A stretch of 64,000 bases of DNA from an uncultured virus (IMG/VR IMGVR_UViG_3300022602_000072) (lineage: Duplodnaviria > Heunggongvirae > Uroviricota > Caudoviricetes). This document shows positions 1-9,454 of this stretch, in pieces. Position 1 is the stretch's first letter. Every line of letters starts with the position of its first letter. The position numbers and the translations under genes are program-made. The notes under the pieces were generated by a model. That model did not search any database, had not been told where the DNA came from, and was given only the letters and a program-made list of their open reading frames with translations. The stretch lies in IMG/VR virus record IMGVR_UViG_3300022602_000072. One strand, written 5' to 3'.

Positions 1-1566
1 GCATCTATGTTGGGAGTAGGCGTAGGGTTTGATGACAAGGGTGCAGACAAGGACTTCACAATCTACGACTGCACAGAAGGAGACAACTATGTCATCTCAG
101 ATACCCGAGAAGGATGGGTTGAAAGTACAGCCGCCCTCATCAATAGCTACCTTAAGCCGGATACGAAGTGCCCTGTATTTGACTACTCAAAAATACGGCC
201 AGCAGGAGAGCTCATCAAAACCTTTGGTGGCACTGCGGCTGGACCCGATCCCCTTATCAAACTCCATGACCACATCCGCAAAATCTTTGGTGGACGGGCA
301 GGAGAAAAACTAACTCGCAGAGATATCGCAGACCTCGGTAACCTTATCGGAGTCTGCGTTGTCTCCGGAAACGTACGCCGTTCAGCTGAACTGCTGATCG
401 GACGTATTGATGACGAAGAGTTTATTAACCTTAAGAATTATGAGAAGTACCCAGAGCGTATGGGCCATGGCTGGATGTCCAACAACTCCGTTGAGGTATC
501 AGTAGGTCAAGACCTATCAGCAATCATTGAAGGTGTTGCCCGCAATGGTGAGCCTGGCGTTATCTGGATGGACACAACCCGTAAGTACGGCCGCCTAGCT
601 GATCCGGAGAACAATAAGGACTGGCGTGCGGCTGGATATAACCCGTGTGCTGAACAATCATTGGAATCAATGGAGTGCTGTACATTGGTAGAAACTTATA
701 TCGGTCGCCATGACAGTCTCGAGGATTTCAAGCGTACGCTGAAGTTCGCATACCTCTACGCTAAGACCGTTACTCTCATCCCTACCCACTGGGAAGAAAC
801 CAACGCCATCATGCAACGCAACCGCCGTATCGGAACATCAATCTCCGGTATCGCTAACTTTGCTGATATCAAGGGCCTGCCGCTGCTACGTACCTGGATG
901 GATGAAGGTTACGCTACGGTTGCTGCCTATGATAAGAGCTACTCTGAGTGGTTGGGTATTCGTGAGTCAATTAAGATGACTACAGTCAAGCCATCCGGAA
1001 CAGTTTCTATCCTGGCCGGAGAATCACCTGGAGTTCACTGGACACCAGGCGGAAAGTACTTCTTGCGTACTATTCGATTTGCTAATAGTGACCCAATGCT
1101 CCCATTGTTCAAAATGGCTAACTACCGTATTGAACCTGCCGCCTCAGACCCGGACGGCACTTCAGTTGTGTACTTCCCAATCAAGTCCTCTTCTATGCGT
1201 TCTGAGAAGGAAGTCTCTATCTATGAGAAGATGGCTATTGCGGCCACAGCTCAAAGGTACTGGTCAGATAACTCTGTCTCTGTGACAGTTTCGTTTGACC
1301 CTAAGACCGAAGCAGATGCAATCGGTACCGTGCTGCATATGTACGACGGTCAACTAAAGACCGTGTCATTCCTGGCTATGGATGATACGCTCTACCCCCA
1401 GATGCCTTACACTCAGGGTGAGGAGTCTGAATACGAAGAGGCCCGCATGACACACTTCCCAATTGATTTGAGTGGCGTGTACGCAGGTATGGCGTTTGAT
1501 GCAATTGGTGAGGCCTATTGCACCACAGACGCTTGTGAAGTAAAACTAATCAAAGATAATGCCTAG
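1..1566 (+). CDS. nrdJ: Class II (adenosylcobalamin-dependent) ribonucleotide reductase, 5'-truncated by window edge
   Basis: NPCAEQ catalytic loop, GNVRRSAE, TTVKPSGT and C-terminal CTTDAC cysteine pair typical of monomeric NrdJ/RTPR. Confidence 0.92.
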   Translation, partial: ASMLGVGVGFDDKGADKDFTIYDCTEGDNYVISDTREGWVESTAALINSYLKPDTKCPVFDYSKIRPAGELIKTFGGTAAGPDPLIKLHDHIRKIFGGRAGEKLTRRDIADLGNLIGVCVVSGNVRRSAELLIGRIDDEEFINLKNYEKYPERMGHGWMSNNSVEVSVGQDLSAIIEGVARNGEPGVIWMDTTRKYGRLADPENNKDWRAAGYNPCAEQSLESMECCTLVETYIGRHDSLEDFKRTLKFAYLYAKTVTLIPTHWEETNAIMQRNRRIGTSISGIANFADIKGLPLLRTWMDEGYATVAAYDKSYSEWLGIRESIKMTTVKPSGTVSILAGESPGVHWTPGGKYFLRTIRFANSDPMLPLFKMANYRIEPAASDPDGTSVVYFPIKSSSMRSEKEVSIYEKMAIAATAQRYWSDNSVSVTVSFDPKTEADAIGTVLHMYDGQLKTVSFLAMDDTLYPQMPYTQGEESEYEEARMTHFPIDLSGVYAGMAFDAIGEAYCTTDACEVKLIKDNA

Positions 1567-1576
1567 GGAGTAAGAC

Positions 1577-1711
1577 ATGTCAGACGATATTAACCCAGAC
1601 CTTTTCGATGAGGACTTCGAAGAGGATTTTGAAGATGGTTGGGAAGACTTTGACTTTGATGACGAAGACTTTGATACCTTTGAAGATGACCTATATACAG
1701 ACCCCGAATAA
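1577..1711 (+). CDS. 44-aa extremely acidic peptide (MSDDINPDLFDEDFEEDF...)
   Basis: Open frame ATG 1577 to TAA 1711 with GGGAG RBS, directly after nrdJ; not in ORF track (<60 aa). Confidence 0.7.
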   Translation: MSDDINPDLFDEDFEEDFEDGWEDFDFDDEDFDTFEDDLYTDPE

Positions 1712-1742
1712 AAGGGCATAGGTCGCCCCAACACAAACAATT

Positions 1743-1774
1743 GCCCCCAACTCAATGAAGAGCTGGGGGCTTTT
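1743..1774 (+). terminator. Intrinsic terminator at the convergence of + and - gene blocks
   Basis: GCCCCCA...TGGGGGC stem followed by TTTT. Confidence 0.7.
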
Positions 1775-1947
1775 GCTTGCCGTTATGCTTTTATTCCCTT
1801 ATTTCATCTAGAAGGTCTAGATACAGGTACAGGTCAAATACGGATTCTTCTATATCCCTAAGAGCCCTGTTGGTTTGAAACACCCACAATAGATTTGTTA
1901 TTATGAATGCTATAACTACTACTTGCCACCAGCCCATGTTGCTCTCC

Positions 1948-2157
1948 TTAGTCTGCTAGATGCATACCAGAGTTGTCGGTCAACTCATAGTATGTTGTAT
2001 CGGATACCTCTGTATCTTCATAGGCCTCAATCTCATCAGGATAAGTATCCCCAGAGATTAGACCTTCATAGATTTCTCTTGCATGGTCCGCATTATCTGC
2101 ATCAAAGATGATTGTACCGCTTCGATTAGAATCGAATTGGGCTCGGAATTTGGGCAT
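1948..2157 (-). CDS. Hypothetical acidic protein
   Basis: ORF; start chosen at MPKF with AAGGAG RBS. Confidence 0.65.
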   Translation of the reverse strand: MPKFRAQFDSNRSGTIIFDADNADHAREIYEGLISGDTYPDEIEAYEDTEVSDTTYYELTDNSGMHLAD

Positions 2158-2286
2158 CCTTATCTCCTTTGTATAGGCATTCACATTCTTCTGTTTCAAA
2201 TGTGCCCTCTTCATCAGAGAGCCAGCTAACAAGCCCAGTACCGTAGCACATGGTGCAGGTACGGGGCTTTATCGTCTCCATATCCA

Positions 2287-2577
2287 TTAGGCATCTACCT
2301 TATAGGTAAGTGAGCCGGCGATATGGGTAGGCTTTCCGGAACCGTGCATAGCCTTGACCTCCATCTTGATTGACTTGCGTGGAGTGTTGTCTAGCACCAC
2401 TTGCTTTAGATAACGCTTAGCTGCTGATGGGTTAGACCAAGCAGAGTGCGTATCCATGATGAAGGTTTGCTCACCTTCATTTTGGATAGTGATTGATAAC
2501 AGCCAAGCACCGCCTTTTTCTACAGCGGTATTCTTGGTTAGCTTTGCGTTTAGCGTTTGATTTAGCTTCTTAGCCAT
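2287..2577 (-). CDS. Hypothetical protein
   Basis: ORF with GGAGG RBS, tight packing. Confidence 0.7.
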   Translation of the reverse strand: MAKKLNQTLNAKLTKNTAVEKGGAWLLSITIQNEGEQTFIMDTHSAWSNPSAAKRYLKQVVLDNTPRKSIKMEVKAMHGSGKPTHIAGSLTYKVDA

Positions 2578-2585
2578 TTGCCCTC

Positions 2586-2819
2586 CTAGAGCCTTATATC
2601 TTTGGTAAACCCTACCTGCTTCAGGTCACGTAGGATATTGCGTCCCGCTCTGTGGTCCCCAAGACTTTGGGCACCAAAGAATACTGTCCGCTTTGTTTTA
2701 GGATTCACAACTTTGATGTGTTGCTTACCTGTTGAGGAGACTTGTAAACCTTCGGCCTCTAGTACAGATACTAGCTTCCGTATCTCCTTTGTTCTTATAT
2801 TTAGTTGTGCAAAGTACAT
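2586..2819 (-). CDS. HicA-like (dsRBD-fold) toxin/RNase
   Basis: 77 aa; pattern ...LEAEGLQV...GKQHIKV.NP...GDHRAGRNILRDLKQVGF resembles actinophage HicA-like proteins. Confidence 0.6.
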   Translation of the reverse strand: MYFAQLNIRTKEIRKLVSVLEAEGLQVSSTGKQHIKVVNPKTKRTVFFGAQSLGDHRAGRNILRDLKQVGFTKDIRL

Positions 2820-2834
2820 TACATCTCACTCTCC

Positions 2835-3035
2835 TTAATCTAGTACTTTTACTTCGGTTATATACGCTTCCTCGCCCGGTCTATTGAGCTCGGATACATT
2901 GACCCACTTGCCTAGATTGCGGTCGTATACTTTTAGGCACCACTCTCGGTTTGCGGCTATGCGTTGGTCATCTATGCGCCACTTCTTGATACTGACCTCA
3001 TAGGTGACCTGTACTTTATATGTGTCGTCATTCAT
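2835..3035 (-). CDS. Hypothetical protein
   Basis: ORF with RBS in packed minus-strand block. Confidence 0.6.
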   Translation of the reverse strand: MNDDTYKVQVTYEVSIKKWRIDDQRIAANREWCLKVYDRNLGKWVNVSELNRPGEEAYITEVKVLD

Positions 3036-3079
3036 TCATACCCTTTCTGATTCCAGTCTAGCCGATTTGTTTGTGTTGG

Positions 3080-3274
3080 TCAAACTTCCTCGCCAGACTC
3101 GTTATAGATGTCACCGACGTCTGTCCAGCACGCCATCTCATCTACTATCCAGAGATGCTTCTCATCATTGGCAGCACTTTCCTCTGCCTTTCCGATAGCT
3201 TCGTATTTAGACTCCGCCTCTACCCAATAATCATAGATAACGTGGTCATGCATAGTTACTCTGTATTTAGCCAT
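3080..3274 (-). CDS. Hypothetical acidic protein
   Basis: ORF with GGAGG RBS. Confidence 0.65.
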   Translation of the reverse strand: MAKYRVTMHDHVIYDYWVEAESKYEAIGKAEESAANDEKHLWIVDEMACWTDVGDIYNESGEEV

Positions 3275-3277
3275 TAT

Positions 3278-3547
3278 TTACACCTCCCAATCTTCATAGG
3301 TTGCTTGAACTGCATCATCAAGGTCTGCAATTAACAGGTCAATCTCATCAGGAGACCAATCTGCAACCATAGCCCTAGTTAAGTTAAGTTGCCATAGTAC
3401 TTCTCTACCTGGATTGGAACCTTCGTTACAACAAGGGCAGCCATTACCGCAACCACCGTAGTCTCTTGTGCCATCTGGCTTATCCTCAAGCACGATACTG
3501 CACTTGCATTCCTCGCACATAACCGGCATGTTATTCTTCCTCCCCAT
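3278..3547 (-). CDS. Hypothetical Cys-containing protein
   Basis: ORF; CEECKC and CGNGCPCC motifs. Confidence 0.55.
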   Translation of the reverse strand: MGRKNNMPVMCEECKCSIVLEDKPDGTRDYGGCGNGCPCCNEGSNPGREVLWQLNLTRAMVADWSPDEIDLLIADLDDAVQATYEDWEV

Positions 3548-3989
3548 TTGTGATTGGTAGTTCTGACATACAGTCTGCAGTTACTTTATCATCTAGTTGT
3601 TCACGCATAGTTGTTACGGTTTCTGGTGGTAACTTGGTATACATACGCTCTAATAGCTTAGCCAAAGAGTAATTGCTATTAACTTTAAGAGCATAGTCCA
3701 GCATGTTGACTGCGGCATCGATATTGCCACGCTCAAACTCAAACATAGAGTAGATTGTGACAAAGGGAACACCGTCTTGTTGAGTGGTGTGTACAGCCAT
3801 ATACTTTACAAATTCGATAGACTCTTCCATGGTAAACCTAGCTGGCATACCCATAACCCAGTCACGAACTTGTAGGTCATTATTGACTGCAAAGATTACC
3901 TTCTCAAGCCTCTCATCTTCAAGAGGCAAGACATTATCGATGCTCTCTTGGATAAGAGTTACAGCTTCCTTACGACTTGTTACTATCAT
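3531..3989 (-). CDS. DUF4192-like protein
   Basis: VRDW...G....A...LDYAL....NYSLAKLL...LPP pattern recalled from the actinobacterial DUF4192 C-terminus; AAGGAG RBS. Confidence 0.55.
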   Translation of the reverse strand: MIVTSRKEAVTLIQESIDNVLPLEDERLEKVIFAVNNDLQVRDWVMGMPARFTMEESIEFVKYMAVHTTQQDGVPFVTIYSMFEFERGNIDAAVNMLDYALKVNSNYSLAKLLERMYTKLPPETVTTMREQLDDKVTADCMSELPITNGEEE

Positions 3990-4444
3990 TCTGGCTCCTT
4001 TTTGGTTGTTCGGAATGTACCTTCTGGCGTAGGCCATTGATACGGTAGGTTATCATCCACCTCAAACGGATAATGCTCTGGTAGCTTACGCTTGAGGTTT
4101 GATTGGTGGCTTTTATGGAACTTCTCAGCCCCTAACCACCACGGCTTTCGTCTAGTGTATGGGTTCAGATTGAACCGTTTAACTAGCTCGATTACCTGTT
4201 GCTTGGTGTTATCAACATACCCACGCTTTACCCACTCATCGCAGATAGTCAGGGCATATTTTGCCAAGTGTGATTCGTGACCCCGCCACATTACAGCAGC
4301 GGGGTGGTTGCGCCATCCCACAGTTAGACCCAGGTTGGCCCTCAGAATCTGCAACGCTTCTACACGTTGCTTACCGAGTCTCCTATCGTCTAGGGATTGG
4401 GCTACTTGCTTGAAGTCTGCATAAGGCAGAAACGTATTTACCAT
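3986..4444 (-). CDS. Pyrimidine dimer DNA glycosylase / endonuclease V-like (MSMEG_6728 family)
   Basis: TFLPYADF, LDDRRLGKQRVEALQI, HPAAVMWRG, SHQSNL motifs. Confidence 0.85.
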   Translation of the reverse strand: MVNTFLPYADFKQVAQSLDDRRLGKQRVEALQILRANLGLTVGWRNHPAAVMWRGHESHLAKYALTICDEWVKRGYVDNTKQQVIELVKRFNLNPYTRRKPWWLGAEKFHKSHQSNLKRKLPEHYPFEVDDNLPYQWPTPEGTFRTTKKEPE

Positions 4445-4556
4445 GTGTCCTCCTCATCATCTCCAAAGTAACAGTCCCAGCAGGTAACTCTTTGACTGTG
4501 TACAACATATGAATCGTCTTGACCTAGCACCTCTTTACAGAGACTACATGTAATCA

Positions 4557-4718
4557 TTAGTCCTCCAATATCATTGGTATGAGGTCTTCTGCATGGTGTT
4601 TAATCAGCAGTTGACGTACGATTTCTTTGTTTGTGTTGAGCCTGTCCAGCTCCTCTTGCCTAAGCATTTCACTTAGCCACAGAGCTGGATTGGCATTACG
4701 TAGTTGCTCCTCGTTCAT
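4557..4718 (-). CDS. Hypothetical 53-aa protein
   Basis: Open frame MNEEQLRNA...MILED overlapping the upstream stop (ATGA). Confidence 0.55.
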   Translation of the reverse strand: MNEEQLRNANPALWLSEMLRQEELDRLNTNKEIVRQLLIKHHAEDLIPMILED

Positions 4719-4906
4719 GCAAGGGCGGCTAACGTAACGTTATTGTCTTGAGCCCACTCTTGTGCTGGAGTAATAGATTCGATGGTCAGGTTTGCACCAC
4801 CATCCGCTAGTTCTTCTGAGATATGAAGCAGGAACATCTGAGCTGATTCATAGTCATTGAACACTTCTATCAGTGTTTCAGTTAGGCTGTCATAGATTGT
4901 ATACAT
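4715..4906 (-). CDS. Hypothetical protein
   Basis: ORF translationally coupled to the vWA gene. Confidence 0.6.
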   Translation of the reverse strand: MYTIYDSLTETLIEVFNDYESAQMFLLHISEELADGGANLTIESITPAQEWAQDNNVTLAALA

Positions 4907-6732
4907 TATCGTCCTCGCTTTCTGATGGCACCCGTAACCACGGCTTTGGCAAACGGGAGTAAGTCGGCACCACTATTTACACGGGCATAGACCTCAGCAC
5001 CGTGGCGGAACGTGGCGTCTGTATAGTTGTAGCGTTCCTCATACCACTCTCTGTCTTTTTCTTCCATGATGAGAGTCATTGCTGTAAGCACGCCACGCTT
5101 GGCAATGCGAGCAATAATCTCATCGTTTGGGTTCTCATTGAAGACACCGTCAGTAATGATGAACAACATCTTGTTCTTCTTACGGGACGACATGAGTAGT
5201 TGTTCAGCCGCTAGTAGCGAGCTCTGTGGATTGGTACCACCGCTACCGTAGATGAACTTGTATTGCGTACGGTCAGCCGCTTGATTACGACGATAGGCTA
5301 CTTCAGTCTGGTCGTCGAATGCATAGACTGTAACGAGGCCATTGATTTGCTCAATACCACGCTTGATAGTCCAGCAGGCTATAGATGCTTGTAGGTCATT
5401 GCCACCATGCATTGAACCTGAACGGTCAACCAAGATGACGGCCTCGATATCTGCACCGTCTGTGCCCTCATCCCAACGGTCAAAGGCTTGGTCAATCTCA
5501 CAGCCTCTGATTGCTCGTTGGACATTGAGCTTACCGCTTGCTTCCTCCTTGTGCCATGCTGGCTCGCACTCGTCACGCAAGCGTTCTAGCTCACGTGCGA
5601 ACCTACGATAGGTAGCCATGCTGTCAGCCGGTACAGTTGTAAGGTCGAATCGACCAGCTTTGACGGAGTCATTGTGCTTACCGTCACCGCCGATGATTAC
5701 CTTTTGCTTTGTCTTGATATCGGATTGAACATCCTTACGAGACATGACTTCGTTGATAGTGTCTTGCAGTATTGCTTGAACACTATCTGGTATGCCACCA
5801 AGACTCTCGTGATGACCTGTTCCGGCTATTGGGTCACCGGGTACATAGTCTTTGCTTGTCTTGTCTGGCGCTGAGTTAGCGGCATCAAGAGCTTCTTGGA
5901 TTGTCTTGGGTGCAGATGGTGCTGGTTTGTTTGTGTTGGTTGATTCGGCTTTACCGACTCCACCACCACGCTTTGCGTCTTTCTCCTGTGCTTTGCCAGG
6001 TTCGGGACGACCTTTGGCTACAGGGTCACGACCCGTACAGCCATTCATACCCTTAGGCGGTTGAAAGCCTAGAGGCGCCAGCACTTCATCATTCCAGCGC
6101 TTGATTAGTTCTTGTGCCTTGGCATAGTCACGTGGGAATGCCAAGAGACGATACTCATCTACGATTTCGGCAATGACAGGGATAAGCTCGGGCTTTGCGA
6201 ACATATCTCTGAATGCCTCACGTACATCTAGTGGTAGATACCTACGACCACGCACCAGCATGTAGTTACCTACAGCATCGCTTGGTGTGCGGGCTAGCCA
6301 TCTAGCCACTGTTGCAGTTAGGAATGGTGCAATTGATGGATAACGACCCACGAGCAGAGTCTCGATACGCTGGTCCTCCAGCATATTGGCAGACTCCATG
6401 TAGCCATTCTCTACAACCCACTTCATGAACGTAGTGCCACGACGTGGAGTATAGAGATGATGAGCTAGCTCATGGAAGTTGAGGCCATTGACTTGCGCCA
6501 AAGCCTCAAGGTCGAAGTTATCAATCTCTTGCGAGTTGATATAGATAGCGGCACCGTCAGACCATGCAGGTGCTGGGCCATCATCCATCACGTGAACCAG
6601 AACTGGGTCACCAGTGATTACTCTGTCAGTCTGTTCATAGACACGACAGAGGGAGTTAAGCTGAACGGTACGTTCCTGTTCCTCTTCGGAACGAGATTGG
6701 TAATACCGTTCATCTAGGTTATCGTCATACAC
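4906..6732 (-). CDS. vWA-domain protein with N-terminal HExxH metallopeptidase-like domain (CobT-like MoxR partner)
   Basis: HELAH...LEDQRIE; MIDAS motif DRSGSM, GGT, ITDG. Confidence 0.85.
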   Translation of the reverse strand: MYDDNLDERYYQSRSEEEQERTVQLNSLCRVYEQTDRVITGDPVLVHVMDDGPAPAWSDGAAIYINSQEIDNFDLEALAQVNGLNFHELAHHLYTPRRGTTFMKWVVENGYMESANMLEDQRIETLLVGRYPSIAPFLTATVARWLARTPSDAVGNYMLVRGRRYLPLDVREAFRDMFAKPELIPVIAEIVDEYRLLAFPRDYAKAQELIKRWNDEVLAPLGFQPPKGMNGCTGRDPVAKGRPEPGKAQEKDAKRGGGVGKAESTNTNKPAPSAPKTIQEALDAANSAPDKTSKDYVPGDPIAGTGHHESLGGIPDSVQAILQDTINEVMSRKDVQSDIKTKQKVIIGGDGKHNDSVKAGRFDLTTVPADSMATYRRFARELERLRDECEPAWHKEEASGKLNVQRAIRGCEIDQAFDRWDEGTDGADIEAVILVDRSGSMHGGNDLQASIACWTIKRGIEQINGLVTVYAFDDQTEVAYRRNQAADRTQYKFIYGSGGTNPQSSLLAAEQLLMSSRKKNKMLFIITDGVFNENPNDEIIARIAKRGVLTAMTLIMEEKDREWYEERYNYTDATFRHGAEVYARVNSGADLLPFAKAVVTGAIRKRGR

Positions 6733-6743
6733 TAACTACCTCC

Positions 6744-8141
6744 TTAGACGTTGGCTTTGGCTTGTGATACCCACGCTGTTAGTTCCTCAGCGAGAGTTAG
6801 TTCAGTCTCTGCGGTATCGTTGTTGATTTCTGGTGCGATACCGAAGTCTTCCCTGATGTTGTACTCGTGTGTCTGGAAGACCAAGCGAACTGATGCTTGC
6901 TCCTCAGCACCGAAGTGAGCGATGAAGTTCTCAACCGCAAACTCATAGCCAAGCTTGTTGACGAAGTCAACGAACTCGATAAGCATATTGGTAGAGATAG
7001 GTGTGTCGTATTGACCCTTAGCGGCTTCGGTACGAAGTTGCTTAACGAGTGTACGAAGAGACTTGCTGTCAACCAGCTTCTCCTCAACCGAGTCATCGTA
7101 ATCCCACGCCAACTGAATGTCGAAGCGGTTACGCATAGCGAAGTTGAGAGGCGTGGTGCCTACATAGTCTGGGTTCATAGTCGCAAAGACTGTGACGTCG
7201 GGATGAGCTTCGATAGTCTCACCCATGTGGTCAAGCAACGTGATGGTACGACGACCATCAGTTAAGGGATACAGAGTCGTATAAATCTTGGGGCTGATGA
7301 AGTTCATCTCATCCAAGAGTAGTACGCCACCGTTACGCACAACGTCAGTTACTGGACCATCAATCCAGCCATAACCTCCGTTGCCGTCTGGGATAAAGCC
7401 ACCGAACAACTGTCGGGACTCCATCGATGCATTACCTGATACTGTAGCCATACGCAAGCCACGTGAGGCGGCCCACGCTTCTACAGCGGTTGTCTTACCA
7501 GGACCGGTAGGGCCATAGATAAGAACGTTGATATGGTCAGCACGAGCACGGTCAAAGATATCGAAGTCCTCGACACCATAGACCTTGCGATGGATATATC
7601 GCTCAGCTAAGCGCATAGGTGGCACTGTAGCTAGTGAGACATTGAACGCAGGCGCACTAGCTTTTGTTGATTGCTGTGGCATGTCGTCCAGTGTTTGTGT
7701 TGGAACGGGAACAACTAGCGGGCTAGTTGTTGCTCGGTTATCTATCACGTATTCCTCCAGTTGGTCATCTCCCATCTCGACTTGAGAATAGAAGTTTGTT
7801 ACGATGCCTATCACATCAGCGTTAGCCTCAGCAATAGACTTGTTGTGTGCACTAACTGCTTTGGTAGTCAGGACTGGAGAATAGCCCTTACTATCAATTG
7901 CCCTCATATCAGCGGCAGTAACATACACACCAACAGGCTTGCGAGTTGTGTTCTCGCTGTCTTTAATCTCACCCGATAGTGTGTCTAGGTTTGTTGGCTC
8001 CCACTTATTGTGAGTGCCCTTAGTCCCATCAGTCACACGTGAGTAGAGATTGACACCACCCTTGTATGGAACTACCAATACCTGACGGCGATGGTTTCCC
8101 ATACTAGGCTCGTATGATTCAATGAACATTGAGATGTCCAT
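6744..8141 (-). CDS. MoxR/CobS/CbbQ-type AAA+ ATPase
   Basis: Walker A GPTGPGKT, WIDGP, Walker B LLLDE, ATMNP sensor, NRF arginine finger. Confidence 0.9.
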   Translation of the reverse strand: MDISMFIESYEPSMGNHRRQVLVVPYKGGVNLYSRVTDGTKGTHNKWEPTNLDTLSGEIKDSENTTRKPVGVYVTAADMRAIDSKGYSPVLTTKAVSAHNKSIAEANADVIGIVTNFYSQVEMGDDQLEEYVIDNRATTSPLVVPVPTQTLDDMPQQSTKASAPAFNVSLATVPPMRLAERYIHRKVYGVEDFDIFDRARADHINVLIYGPTGPGKTTAVEAWAASRGLRMATVSGNASMESRQLFGGFIPDGNGGYGWIDGPVTDVVRNGGVLLLDEMNFISPKIYTTLYPLTDGRRTITLLDHMGETIEAHPDVTVFATMNPDYVGTTPLNFAMRNRFDIQLAWDYDDSVEEKLVDSKSLRTLVKQLRTEAAKGQYDTPISTNMLIEFVDFVNKLGYEFAVENFIAHFGAEEQASVRLVFQTHEYNIREDFGIAPEINNDTAETELTLAEELTAWVSQAKANV

Positions 8142-8154
8142 GCATTACCTTTCT

Positions 8155-8415
8155 CTAGTCGTCTTCGTCTACTATGCGCTTAAGGTTATCTTGAATGCGA
8201 TTCTCCATAACCGTGGCGACAGCAAACGCTAATTGTTTTTCCTTTGGCCATTCTGTAATCAACTGAATCAGGAACCCGCCCTGCTCAGCCTTATCCATAA
8301 TCGTAGCAAGTTGATAGCAAGCAAAGTCAAAGAACTCTTCTCGCTCGTGCTCGGGCATGGAATTCAACATATCCATTTCATCATCGAAATGGTCATCGCC
8401 ACATTTGTGACACAT
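8155..8415 (-). CDS. Hypothetical protein
   Basis: ORF with GAAAGG RBS before MCHKC. Confidence 0.6.
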   Translation of the reverse strand: MCHKCGDDHFDDEMDMLNSMPEHEREEFFDFACYQLATIMDKAEQGGFLIQLITEWPKEKQLAFAVATVMENRIQDNLKRIVDEDD

Positions 8416-8616
8416 TTTGTTTCCTTTCTCAGAGATAATTGGTTGGCTTACCTCTGGCGCCACTCATAGACATTCGGTATGCCCGCACCTTTGGCTCAAC
8501 TGTCGATACATTGCTGATACACAGCAATGCACTAGTCCTATTGCGTACTCGGGTCTTGGGGGACGGATTCTGCATGTGTGGAAGTAGGCTTAGCCAACCA
8601 ATCAGTATCTATCTAA

Positions 8617-8940
8617 CTATTCGTCAGATAGGCTCTCTCGGTCGTAATCCATTTCATTGGACATATCGCCATATAGGATTTCGTTGAGTCCACGTCTAAA
8701 ACGGTTTAGAACAACACGTGGACGGCTGTTCCTCCGGTGAGTTGCATCTACGCAACCTCTGTAATCGGCATGATAGAACTCAAACATTTTAAACCTCGTG
8801 TTGAACACTTGAGTGTATTGTTGAGTCTTACCGATTGCTTGACCACAACTACCGCAACTTTGGTAGTCGTAGTGCTGTGGCTGTATGAGTGGTCTAGCAG
8901 TTGTACTGTGCGCTGCTTTATACCCTTCGTATTTAGCCAT
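8617..8940 (-). CDS. Hypothetical protein, CxxC zinc-binding candidate
   Basis: CGSCGQAI...YH...GC; RBS. Confidence 0.6.
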   Translation of the reverse strand: MAKYEGYKAAHSTTARPLIQPQHYDYQSCGSCGQAIGKTQQYTQVFNTRFKMFEFYHADYRGCVDATHRRNSRPRVVLNRFRRGLNEILYGDMSNEMDYDRESLSDE

Positions 8941-8971
8941 GGTTCCCTTTCTGCTTGGTTGTTTGTGTTGG

Positions 8972-9454
8972 TTACGACAGCAGGGATGCTGACATAGCCG
9001 TGCTACTAGTTAGTAGCTCTTTGAACGTGCTTGCTGACATGCCGTTGATTAGGCCCTCAGCAATGTTTCTGATTAGCGAGCTTCTGGTAGTTGGGGAAAG
9101 ACGCAGAATAATAGCTTTCGCTAAGTCTTCTTCTCCAAAAGCATATGCTAATGAGGCACCATACTCACACCACATGGTTAGTGATGTATCTTCATCAGAC
9201 GTTGCCCTGATAGCCTGAACGAAAACATTCAGTGTTTGTATGGCATCTAAGTTACTTGGGTAAGTAACAATGCCGTGCAACACAGCATCTCTGAAGCTAC
9301 TATCTTTAGCAGTATTGAGCTCCAATGTAATTGGTAGCCTGTTTGATAGCAGGATAGCGATGTGTTCTTTAACGTCGGATATCTTATCTACAGTCGATGT
9401 AAGCGATGTAGTTTTACCGTCGTAAGCCACCATATCTTTATAGTTCATTAACAT
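8972..9454 (-). CDS. Second DUF4192-like protein (divergent paralogue of 3531-3989)
   Basis: FRDAVL...ASLAYAFGE.DLA...SSLIRNIAEGLINGM pattern. Confidence 0.4.
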   Translation of the reverse strand: MLMNYKDMVAYDGKTTSLTSTVDKISDVKEHIAILLSNRLPITLELNTAKDSSFRDAVLHGIVTYPSNLDAIQTLNVFVQAIRATSDEDTSLTMWCEYGASLAYAFGEEDLAKAIILRLSPTTRSSLIRNIAEGLINGMSASTFKELLTSSTAMSASLLS

